64,000 bases of DNA, taken from positions 248,001-312,000 of the forward strand of contig CT868208.1 in NCBI GenBank assembly GCA_000165425.1, given 5' to 3'. Below, one piece after another: positions 27,896 to 40,733 of the stretch. A program made the position numbers and the translations under genes. Within the stretch, counting starts at the first letter, position 1, and each line of letters begins with the position of its first letter. Under the pieces are notes generated by a model. The model had not been told where the DNA came from. It saw only the letters and a list, made by a program, of their open reading frames with translations, and ran no database searches. The stretch comes from Paramecium tetraurelia. Its lineage: Eukaryota.

Positions 27896-30134
27896 TATAT
27901 TTTTACAACTCAATAAAATGCCCTTCATTAAATCTATAAAAACTGGTTAATTTAATATAAAAATTCAATTTTTCTGAGAAGAAAACTTAAATTAATTTAT
28001 TTGATTATGCCTTCTATTCAAAGAACATTGTTATTTATTCGAACTCTAATCACGATAGAAAAAATAATTAATAAAACCAAAAATTATAATTATCAAAATT
28101 TTATAGAATTCTTAATACTCATATTTACTTAAATTACAAGAATAATACTTTACAATTATAGTTAACCTAAATAATATAGCCAATTAGCTATAAAAATTAT
28201 TATAATAAACATACTGATTTCTATAAATTTCTTCTAATTTTTACTTTCTAGATCTTTTTTCAATAACAGCCTATATAAGCTTGATAATAAAAGTTAATTC
28301 CAATTATATATACAAAGGTCTCACAAATATACTATTTCCTTACAAATGCTGAAAATAAAACTGATTGTTTTAGAAAATCTTCATATCAAAATAATTCTAC
28401 AAGCTTCAATTACATATTTTAGATTTTTGTAAAAATTATTTCATTATTATCCAGTAGAGTGCAGCCATCTATAAAATATCCTATTCTTTTATTAATAAAA
28501 TGAAAGTTTGAGGATGCAGATAATTTCAAAATTGAAATTACAACGAAAGTGAATTACGATAAGTTTTGTCAATCAATTTCTATTCTGAAATAATGAATTA
28601 AGAGATTCATATTTATTAGGATCATTTTAATTGGAATTCTGATTGTTTATATTCCGTCATCAATCACAAAAACTCAGGCTTTGTTTTAGAAATTGAGTAA
28701 AATATCCAATATATGCTGTTGATGTTAGAATTAATTTTATATCTCTCACTAAAATAAATTAATGTGTATAAAGGAATTCTGATATATAAGCTCACATAAG
28801 TGTTGATATACACTGCTTGTCAAAATACAAGCTTACCAAAGAGTCCTATTATTGTGATAAATATCTACTTATAATTAAGCATAATAATTTAATTATTATT
28901 TCATGTTTCTTTGCTTCTTTATTTTTTAAATATTTGATACTTAAAATTCATGCTGATTTTTTCCAAACTTAAAATATTCATATCCAACTATGTAAAGAGA
29001 ATAAGACTTATTGTGTTAATTTATTCATAGCTCCATTTGTGAAAGTAATTTATTTTTGTGACCAATAAATGTTCGAAATATACATTATTCCCAAGATGAA
29101 GTGTCCAATTTCAATATTTTAATGAATTGAAAACAAAGGAGTTTTCTATTCTTAATTTTTATTATAATTTTTATAAACATCACTTTATACTACATTATTA
29201 TCAATTGCATATAAAACATGTAAGTTCATTAAATATTTAAGAAAGATTGAGATTATTTTGAAAATTTTATACTTTTAATCTACAATATAAGTTCCATAAA
29301 TTGGAAATAATTTAGCACTCTTGATCAAAATATTAAATCAGACTTCAAATTATAAAAGTATTTCTTAGTTAAATAAAATACTTAAATATCATACACTTAT
29401 CCATAATCCGATTTTTTACCCTATTCTTAAATCATAAACAACTACTAATTTGAAATAATAAAACTTGAAACACATTAAAAATTTCAGGTTTAAATGGAAT
29501 TCAAATATTTTATTCCAAAATTGGATTCAATCTCATTGATAAAGAGACTCAAAATTTTGGAGAATTTATTTTAGTAATTAGTTTTACTTTTATGCTCTTT
29601 TTCATTTCAGCGCAAAAAATTTAGAACAATTCTCAAAGCTAACACTTTTTCATTTTATAAGGTCATTATTGAACTATAATAGCATTTAATTTTAATAAAT
29701 ACATTTGGATTCTCAATTAAAATATCCTTATAATTAGTTTTATTTTGATAATAATGCTGTTCAGCGAAAGGTTGAATTTAAAATTAAAATTTGATTAATA
29801 CACATCAAATCACTTTTATAGATCACTTACATAATTTCATAGAAAGGTCACAAAGAAGAACGAAATTTTTAACTCTATCCTAATGGTATTTTCACCTTGA
29901 TCAGAGAAATAATAAATAATAAATATAATTGGGTTCTTCGATCCTTATTTACAGAGACACTTTAAAATTAAGAATTCTTTAAATTAAAAATAGAGATATA
30001 TTCAGTAGATAGAAATTTTCTTTTATTTTATTTTCTCTAAATTATTTGTGATTATAATATTACACTTCTTAATACATCATGTATGAATTTTAATATATAT
30101 TTATTGTTACATATAAAAATTTATCTGTTAAAAT

Positions 30135-30556
30135 ATGAACTTGTCAGATATTAAAAGATCATCCAGTGTAGGCAAATCAATTAACACTCAGTCAACGTAC
30201 TCTTCAAAAGGCTCAAATAAATTTACTTACTTTACTGAAACAAAGAGCAAAAAAATTGATAAATCGATTAATGTTCCTTTAAACAGTTGGAGAGAGTTGT
30301 CCTTATTCGAATTGGTTGATGAAGCAATAATTTTGTTAAAAGAAAACAAATCCGCAATTAATGATTAATAAAAAGTGTAATTAGCATTAATATCTAGTTT
30401 AAGAGATTGATTACGCAATACCAAAACTTCAAATAAACTAATCAAATAAAGCAAATGCTATTCTAATAAAGATCTAGAATAATTAAAACTAATATAGAAA
30501 ATATAATATTGTCATAAAACGACTTTTAAAATTATTTATAAGGAGTATAAAAATGA
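30135..30556 (+). CDS. small hypothetical protein (~130 aa)
   Basis: The ORF MNLSDIKRSSS.. extends through TAA TAA and a 23-nt intron (~30374-30396) to TGA at 30554-30556. Confidence 0.6.
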
Positions 30557-31099
30557 CATAATTTTTCATTATTTTTTAAGCTAACTGACAAGAAATTATT
30601 TTCATCCTTTCTAATATTATAATACATTTTTTTCAAGATAGATTTTCAAAAAATTATAATAATGAAATTTAGCCTTGAAGTTAAAATATTCCAACATATT
30701 AATATCCATATTTTCAGTCATTAAATATAATAAAAGTAGAGCTCAGTTTAAGAATAAATCATATGAAAAATATAATTATTATTTAGAAAATAATAAATTT
30801 TATCATACACAAGTTTCATCCTACTAAATTTTGATAATAATTACAAAGATCACTTAAAATTTATGGCTAACATTTAGAGATTCTAATTGTTCTTCAATTT
30901 AAGGGAATTCTAAAATCGAGTTCGAATAATAGGTTCAATTATTATTTGATCTGAAATCCATTACTCATTAAATGGAATTAATTTTACTTATCTTACTATG
31001 ATACAACAGATTTACAATTATTTTCATAATATATAATTGAAATTAAAAGGGTTTGTTCAGATTTAAAATATTGAAATTTCCGTGAAATTTTGATAGTTT

Positions 31100-31830
31100 A
31101 AATAGATATTAAATAATATGATAAAGAAATGAAGCATTTATTACATATTAGATACATAATAACACAATTATAATTATATTGAGAGTCTAAATCTATAAAT
31201 TAAACTAAGATATAATCTAAGTCTAAATATTAACATCTCTAAATTAATATATCTTTCTGAATTTTATTTATTTTAATACAGATTATCTTAAAATGTTAAT
31301 ACAAGTCATTTTAATTATAAATTTGAAAGGTTGCTTAACTAAACTGTTAATAAATTTTCTTACTTTGATAAGTACAATTTGGGAAGAGTGCTTTTAACTG
31401 TTACCCAATTGGCATCTAACTTGATCCAAAATTAATCTAGAGAATTGTTAATTTTTTTTTGACTTAATGTATTATATAACATCAAATGTTATTGTATTGT
31501 TGTCTCTATTATTTATTTCAGATATCCTTTGGCAACTTAAAGTTTTTAGGATAATCAATAAAAAATTACTTATTATTTGAAGCTAATTGCTGTAAGTTGA
31601 CATTTCTATTTCAATATTTTCAAATTATTCATACTTTAATAAGATTTCATTTTATATGTTATTTGTTCTAATTAGCCTGCTGATTTCTATATATTCATCT
31701 GGTTCTTTTTGTCTGGGTATGCAATTATAAATTTCATTGATTTCTGCGTTTAGATATTAGCCTACTTATTTCATGCAGAAATCTATAGATAGTTGTTAAT
31801 TTTATGTGTTATCACTCTCTAGAGATGCTA
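31100..31830 (-). pseudogene. possible hypothetical gene or gene remnant
   Basis: Coding-like minus-strand frame (IDFCMKQVGQYLNAEINEIYNCIPRQKEPDEYIEISRL..) with a plausible GT..AG intron. No clear start found; boundaries approximate. Confidence 0.25.
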
Positions 31831-31956
31831 AAATAAGGCTTTTTATTTAGCTTATCAGTATAAATCCTTAGGGTAGGCTTTAATTTAGTGACACACTTTA
31901 TAATGAAATTTTAGGGGGCTCTTGCAATTAATTATTTTTTTTATAAAACGGATAGA

Positions 31957-34900
31957 ATGAGAACAAAACATCTAGTTTTATTAGGTGTTATCATAATGCA
32001 GGGTATTATATCTTCAAAAACTGGTTAGTTTGCTTTGTGCAAGCAGTGCACTATGATTTGACAACACTTTTGGATTAACAAAATGAACTTGACTGTGACA
32101 ATACTGATTTTGTTTAAATGCTTGAAGACTTTGATTCTTGGAGTGAAATAATAGAATTGTTACAAGGAGGGTAATTGGATGCAGAAATGAAGCAACTACA
32201 AGAGCTTTCTGATTTCACTAATGAAATGATATCAGGTAAATCATTTGACCAAAAAGTTAGCAAATCCAGATGATTTGATGGAAGATCAATAATACGATGA
32301 GTAGTTAGAGTAGATGGATGGGTAATTGTAGACAATTCAAAACTAATACAATGGTCCTCAAAGAAAATTCTTATTCGAATAAAGCAGACAAATTTCAGAC
32401 TAAATCAGAAGGGTGATTCAATCAAGTATTTTATACTATTAATGATTTTCATAGGATCCTTCGAATAAAAGAGATCATAATTGGCTATGTTATATGGATT
32501 GATTGAATATTTATTGAAACAAATTTCTAGAGTATAAAACCAATATTAATAAACAACATAACCTTAACCAAGAGCTCAACCCTAATAAGCTCAACCTTAA
32601 CCACAATAGAGAATAAAGGAATAAAAAGAAAGATTTATAGTCTAAAAAGATAAATGCAGTGATAGATAGATATAAAGAAAAGTGTCTAAATAGAGAGTAG
32701 TCCCTGGAAATTATAGATAAAATGATCATCCAGTGCCAGAAGAAGTAGGCTGTGACATCCCATATCCATAATAAAGATAACCTAAATGTGTTGTCGGTTC
32801 AGATATCGTTTTAACAAGTTCAATCTCTGCTGATTAACCAACCGTTTCAACAGAAGTTAAAAAATTAAAAGACGTTAACGAATATGGTTTTGGTTTTTGG
32901 ATGAGATTCTTAACATTATATCCAGAATAATTGTAAAATGGCTTAACTGATTAATCTTACTTTGTCGCTAAATTGACAAAGAACTAATAGGATGGAGATG
33001 ATAAGATTGGCGATAGATTATTAACCGTATTCTAAACTTAAGAATAATATATCTTCAGTGCTTAACACGATAAACCTGAAAGAAAAGAAGCCACAGCTGC
33101 TATAGTATTTGGAGATATCGAAGCAGTTTGGACATACGTTTATTACAGTTACTCAGCCTTTTCATAATAAGCTATCGGTTTCTACAAACAATCAAACAGT
33201 CAATTAGTTAAATAAGTCACATTGCCAGCATCTTAAGGAACTCCTTAGTATTTGAGATTTGTTTTGGGAGGTCAATATTTCAATTTCCCAGGATTCAATG
33301 GATAAATAAGCAGACCAGTCTTAGCAATTGGTTTTGGAACATATTTGATTAATGAATAAGAATTCTTGTAATATGCTATATCATGCAATCCTCAACCATA
33401 TGTTGCACCATAAAAATTGATTCCATATTAATTTGTAAGAGATTCCAAATATGTCGACATTGAAGATAACAATGCACCACCCACATAAGAATTTATTGAT
33501 TTGTTGTTACCAGATGAATATGCAGTTTAAGGTTGGTTCAAATGGGAGGAAACAGATTTGTAAGAGAACTGGCACACCATGTTCAGATTATCTAATACAC
33601 CCATTAGAAAATAATAAATCTTATTAGGTGAAAGAGTCTTGTCTGCTTGGTTAGGTAAACCAAAGGGAGGTTAAATCCATTTCTCAACATATTCATATGC
33701 TAACATGAAAGGATCTGGTAACCCTAATGCTCATCAATATGTCCAACATTAAGATCAACATTTACACTGGCATTTTGTTTACTTTGGATACAGCAGAGAT
33801 TAAAGAAAGGCATATGCTTAAGTCTTATTCAAACATGTTCATGCCAAATCTTTGAGTTTCGTCAATGTCAATCACTTTGTGTCACCAAAGCATTATTTCT
33901 ACTTTGGAAGAGAAAGACAATTCCCAGTCTACAGTGGATTCATGGCCTACCTTGAAGTATTCTTCTGCAAAGGATCTTACTTAACAAATGTTAAGCCAGC
34001 TTTGAGACCAGTACCAACACCACCACCCCCTAAAAAGAGATGTGTTGAAGGACCAAACAGAATCATCAATGCTAAATATGATAAAGGACCAGTTGTTCAT
34101 GTCGAATTGCACAAAGATGATTTGAAAGATACTACTTAATATGGTTATGGATTCTGGTTCAGATACACTGGTTTGGCAGGTGGATAATATGAAGGTGCAA
34201 GACCAGATTGGTCATTGATTGCTAGACTTACAAACAAGAAAGAAACACCAAAAGATATTAGAGATGGTTTATTAACTATTTTCTAAGGAAAAGTTGGTTT
34301 CTTCTACATCACAGCTAATAATAAGGCTAAGAAATTAGTTGAATTAGCTTAACCATTTGGAGATATTGAAGGAGTTTGGATTTACACCTATTTCAGTTAC
34401 ACTAGATATAAGGCCATTGCATTCTATTAAATTGAAAATTAAGCTCCAATCACCTTAGAAGCTAAAGTTACACATCCATGAATGGGAATAATTGTTATTC
34501 TAAGTTGGTGGAAAGGATCCATAAAATAGATACTATTCATTCAATGGTTAATTCCATAGACCAGTCTTAAGATTAGGATCAGGATCATTCTTTGATACAT
34601 TAGAAGAATACAATCCATTCTGTTTAAGTTGCAATCCTCAACCATAAAAGGATTGTTCAAGTAAAGGTTTGATTAGAGCAGTCTCAGCCAAGGCTTCATA
34701 ATTCAATGGAAATCCAGTTAATTCTGGTGACAGATTTGGAACAACTGAATAATACTCTGTTCAAGGATGGTTCAAATGGAATGGTAAGACATCTGGAAAA
34801 GATTAATTGTTATTCAGATTGACATCAACTCTAGCTGGTGAAGATGCTCTCAATTTTGATACACTCAGTTGTTACTTCGATACTAGAGATTAAACTCTTA

Positions 34901-35538
34901 ACTTCTACACATATACCTACACTGATTAATTAGGGTAATTAATATATATTTATGAAATATTAGATCTGGAAACCCAGAAGTTAGATAGATTGTTGAAGGA
35001 AAAACCTTTGTCAAAGATTGGTTCCATATTTACTTTGCTTATTCTAGAAAGAGTAGATAAGCTGATGTCATTGTTGAACATTCATAAGGAAAGGGAGCTT
35101 TGTCATTCAAGAATGTCAACCATTATGTTGCTCCATCACTTATTCTTTACTATGGAAAAGATCAATTGACAGATGCTTTCGAAGGATTTATTCAAGGATT
35201 GAATCTTTTCGCATGCGACATTACTTATCAACCAACTCCTAAGCCAGTCGAAGATTGCACACCAATGAAAGAGTATTAAATTCTGTTATTTTAATAGTCC
35301 AATCTGTTTAGCTGGTGATTAATATGAAAATGTTTCATTGACCAATATTGAAAACGTTGTTCAAGAATTAGAGAAAAGAAAGTAATTGATGTAAGATAAG
35401 TAATTTGTTTTACCAACTACTTAATGCTTCTGTTTCCCATAATAAGGAAAGAAAGTTCTTCCATAAAGATAAGAAGGTTTGCTTGAAATCTACGATGATG
35501 ATGAGGAACCTTAATAATAAGATGTCGTTGAAGTATGA
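31957..35538 (+). CDS. secreted ConA/LamG-like repeat protein, resembling ciliate extrusome (granule tip) proteins; one +1 frameshift at 34479
   Basis: Signal peptide MRTKHLVLLGVIIMQVCFVQA and a helical pro-like region. Four alternating beta-rich repeats begin EYGFGFWMRF / EYAVQGWFKW / QYGYGFWFRY / QYSVQGWFKW and contain WxxxYFxYS motifs. Five short introns. TGA at 35536-35538. Confidence 0.7.
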
Positions 35539-35925
35539 GTGTGTCATTGATATTATAATAAAACCATTATCAATAAAACTATTAATGAAATCAAATATTT
35601 TGGTTTTAATTACTAATGCATTATTTATTTATATCTAGTTTTTACATATATGGGCAGAGTCGTTCTTTTATATATAAGATAGTTATTATGTTCTTAAATA
35701 CAATTGCGAAAAGATTTTAGAATACACAAACTTAAGAACATTTAAACTTTAAATATTTCTATTATTAAATAGCGATTTTATAAATTTTGTATATCCTACT
35801 TAGTTTATTTATTTTAACATTAAGGTAATACTATCAACAACTGTCGTTGAACATTTCTTTAATTTTAATTTTAATCTCTATAATATATTTTTTCATTCTT
35901 GATGAAACTTCTCTTAATATATTTT

Positions 35926-36831
35926 ATGTAATAAATAAATTTTACTCAAAATGAAATCTCTCACTAAAATTAATTTACTCTTGATGAATAATCAAAAAAA
36001 TATCAAGTTAAAGAGTCAAATGAGTTATAACAATTCAATCCTTTAGGACTGTCCTTATATTTGGAAGCTAATTGCCAACAAGATGTAATAGCAAAACAAT
36101 TATTTTCTCAAATTTTGAAAATGATTGAAGATAAATTGTATGAAATAGAATAAAGATTGGATAATCGAGAATATTTAAATGCCTAAATTAACTTATTGAA
36201 GTTACCCGACTAATATGCTGCATAAGAATACAATGATGATCTATAATCAGATCAAATTAAATAAAGTATAGAAAAAAATTATTTAGGAAAATTTAGTGAT
36301 TTATCTAATCTTGACGCAATTTCTCCTCAAATAGAACAAAAATTCGATATAGATCAGAAATCATCAAAAAAGCCTTTTAGATCTCGTTCGTCAGCCGATA
36401 GAGCCAAGACTGTAACAATTAGAACTGATATCAAAAATACATCTAATACAGATGAATTATGTTAAAAAATGGAATAATTTTAGAATAAATTATGGCTATT
36501 AACAGAATAAATGAATTAAATATCATAACAGGAAAGTTAATTTGAATAGCTAATAAATGATGAAATAAAAGATAGTTAAGATAGGCTAATTTAAAATGAA
36601 TAAGTTATTAAGTAACTATATTCAACAAATTAAGAAATAACCGAAAATTAAAGAGAATTTCTAACACATTTATCATAGGCAAGATAGGAAATTAAGTAAC
36701 AAATCTATTACATATCTTAGTTATTTTTCATCAGAATTAACTCGATTTTAATAGGAGAATAAGATGATAATGTAATAGTTGGAGTAAAATTATTTGGAGA
36801 TTTAAAAATAAATTAAGGAGAATAAGAATGA
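35926..36831 (+). CDS. hypothetical coiled-coil protein
   Basis: Code-6 ORF MQQINFTQNE.. runs to TGA at 36829-36831. The 3' end may change if there is an intron near 36720. Confidence 0.55.
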
Positions 36832-37353
36832 AATAACTTTATAAAAATCATGTTTAGAATGTATTGATAATGATTTTCTGGTGCTTTTAAAGAAATTTAA
36901 AGACTTATATCACGAACTTGCCAAAAAAAAATTTGATTCTAGCTAATAAAGGAAGCCTCTTTAATGAATATTATTAAAATAATTCATTATTAGATTACCC
37001 TCTTCTCCACTATTTCCTAAAAATTATAGTTATTGTTTTTTGTTGCAGAAATTGATCTTATGTAAATAAATGTTGAAAAATAAATTTCCATTAAATTATA
37101 TCCTAAACAATCATTATCTAAAATGCCATAAACAAAATTATAAAATCAAATAACTTCATTCTAGAACATTTTTTTAGTGATTTTTCTAATGAAAATCGTA
37201 AGACTCTAATTTTGTCCATCATCTTCATATTCAAATATGTTGCACTTAATTCTATGCTTAAGCTTTCTGTTTAGTCTTTAATAGAAAGTTAAAGATTTAA
37301 ACCTTACTTTATAAATAATTATTTTTCATTTTAAGTTTAGTTTTTATATAAAA

Positions 37354-40030
37354 ATGTAAAGCAGAGTAAAAAAAAGAGATGATTCAAACAAAGAGATTAT
37401 GAATGTATTAATTGCAGAAGATGATTTGTTCTAAAGTACATGCATTTTTTACACTTTTATAGGGGTTGCTATAGTGGATTTATTATAATTATGTGGTTTT
37501 TAAGTTATTGCTTGCAAAAATGGATTAGAAGCAAGAGATGAACTTTTAAAAGGTGAAAATGAGTTTGATCTAATCCTTCTCGATTTATTGATGCCAGAAA
37601 TGGGAGGACTTGACTTATTAAAAATCATAAAAAGGTATTTAAAAATGATTACGTAGTATTGATAAATTAAAGGAAACTCCAGTGATTATGATGAGTGGAG
37701 ATGGGGAAACTGATATTGTGGCTGCATGTTTAGGAGCTGGAGCATTGAACTATTTAGTTAAGCCAGTAAACTTTAAGTAATTTTAAAGTCTGCAAGAATT
37801 AGTAAAAAAGAAACCTAAAAACAGAAATGTAATTTATTATTCTAAGTAGAACAATTCGAATGAAAAAGGTTTTTATGAAGTTGTTAGAGATTTGGGAAGA
37901 GGAGCTTTCGGCTGTGTTTAATTAGTAAGAAAAAGTACTGATTAAGAATTATATGCTATGAAGGTAAAATTTAAATGAATTTAGGTTATTCCAACTTCAT
38001 TTATGAATGAATAAGAAAAGAAAAATGCTGAGAATGAAGTGAGTTTGCTAAGAGTTCTAACTGCTCCAACAATCATTAAATATTATGAAAGCTTTGCAGA
38101 AAATGATTCATTAAATATCATTATGGAATATGCTGAGGGAGGATCATTAAATGAAAAAATCTCAGAGCATATTAGAGTTGGTTAAAAAATCCCCAAAGAT
38201 TAAATATTAGCTTGGATGGCATAATTAGTAATAGCAATTCATTTTATGCATTCTAAAAATATTCTTCATAGAGATATCAAAACCTAGAATATGTTTTTGA
38301 ATAAAGGTTTAAATTTAAATATATATTATTAGAATAAGTTATTAAATTGGGAGACTTTGGTATTTCCAAGGCATTAGGAACTCATGGAAATTTTGCATAA
38401 ACCTTTCTAGGAACTCCATATTTTATGCCTCCAGAGGTCATTAGAGGTGAACCATATGGAAAAAAAGCAGATATTTGGGCATTAGGTTGCGCTTTGTATG
38501 AATTGGTTATGTTAAAACGACCCTTTTAACATGATGTGATGCAAATTGTATTTGACATGATACAGAACAAACCTTATGATATGGATCCATCTGTAGACTC
38601 AGATCTTTAATAACTCATAGAAAAAACATTACAAAAGGACCCTAATAAAAGACCATTTGTAGAGGACTTGGCTAACATTCCTTGCATTGAGGAAAAAATC
38701 AACTAATTTTATATAGATCATCCAAATGAAAGTAAGGATATGATCTATTCTTAGCTAATTAAATATTTTTCAAAAAGTATTAACTTGGGTAAAATAATGA
38801 CGATGGAGGTAACTCTTAGAATCCAGAAGATAATTGTCTCATGGTTGTGGCTGCAATGATTGATAAAGTTTAACTTAGAAAAATAACTGTAGGGGTTGTA
38901 AATTAAATGTAAGTATAATTATATAAAATTAGTGAATAGATTGGAGTTTTAGGATCAGATATTCTTAGTTATCTTAAATAAAATTTTGATAAAAAAAATG
39001 AAACTGAATTACAGCAATTTGTATCAACTCTTCTTGAATAACATCTAATTATCCCACTCGACAATAATAATCAATAACTGATATCGACTTCTTATTATTC
39101 TTTTCCAATGTTCTTAGAATACATACCTGCAAATAATTATTAAGTATTTACCAGCAATTCTCAAGATATGATGTTTATTCTAAAAAAACTCATTAGGAAA
39201 TTTAAGGAATTCTAAAGAAAGATTACAGAAAAGAAATAACTAAGTTTTGAAGCATTTAATAAATACTTTAATGACTTTTTCTAACTAGTTCATCAAACAT
39301 TGGAACTCCAAAAAGCTACAATGATTGACTATTCTCCTTAAAAGAAACTTGCAGTGTATGTTAATATTTATTAATTAATGAGACTACATCAGTAAATTAT
39401 TTTCATATTGTAGATCATTATAATAGTATTATGTTCAAAACTTGCAAAAAAAGAAAGAATTAATTAATTAACCTTGCAACTTACTATAATAGATAATTAG
39501 TACTGTAATAGTTCCTCATCCCCTTTAATCAGAATTTGCATACTGTATTGGTGGTTAGATTACTACTTTAGGATAAATAAAGCATGGGATCTTGAGAGGA
39601 AACAAAAACACTGAGAATACTCATTTGCTTCCTAAGGATGATCCCAGAATCTTATAATAAGAAATAAAAGGAATTTTCATTTTATTTATTGAAGAATATT
39701 AGGATTAATAATCATAAATTACATAAGAATTGATCTTCTTAGATGAAGGGTAAGTTACTTAATACATCTATAAATAAATATAATAGTTTATTTCTAAAAA
39801 TGTAATACTTGATTTAGCTGAATAAGAGATAGTGATACACCCCTTATTACAAAGTAAATTATTTGTATATTTTAGAATACATGAGTGATTTTGGATCTTA
39901 AAGAAAGTTAATTGAATGGTTATTAGAAAATATTGAAGAGAGATAAGACAGTAAAAAGATTCTCAATTAATTTGATAATAAGGAGTTCTTCATTTTGTTT
40001 AAGGATCCCAATGTATTAACAAAGTATTGA
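37354..40030 (+). CDS. receiver domain - NEK/NIMA-related kinase - DEP - DUF547 protein, copy 1
   Basis: [38 protein letters not shown]. Kinase: [86 protein letters not shown]547: [31 protein letters not shown]. Nine short introns. Confidence 0.88.
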
Positions 40031-40733
40031 TAGATTATTACATATGTTAAGGCTAATTGCCCTATATATTTTATTAAAATTTGTGCTAATTAATCTTATC
40101 GAGTTTTGCTTATTGAAAATAAAAGAAAATACTCATGTATATAAAAAATGGAAGCCTGTCTTATTTAATTATCTTTGTCATTTTACTATGTAATTTTCTC
40201 AGGAAATTATAAAAATGGATGATTTTAAAAATTAGAATATTGCAATAATCAATATTTAAATATTTCGATAATGTAATGGGATATGTGCTTTTAATTTTTA
40301 TTTATTAATTCATTAAATTACATTTTATTTTAAAAAACCCTAGTAACACATATAATTATAATTTGACTCTATTATAAGGTTATAAGGTTTGGAAATCTGT
40401 GAGAAATTATTGAGGAATTTGTTGGAAATAAGATCAAATAACATGAATGATAGGCAACGGAGATGAGAATTAAGAATAGCGAATCAATTTGAAGGCTAAG
40501 AAAATTTATGTTAATAATCTAAAATTAATTTTTTAGTTTATATTAAAAATTTGTTTAAATCCTTGTATAAAATTTAAACATCATAAATGCTTGAATATTT
40601 TATATATATAATATAGTTTTTGTATTGAGATGATCTCAATTGTAATAAAATTCTGACAGTTTATTAAAACAGAAAAATGAATGATTTAAAAGTATATTCT
40701 AGTCTTGAATTGAATTAATTATTAAATAATTTT

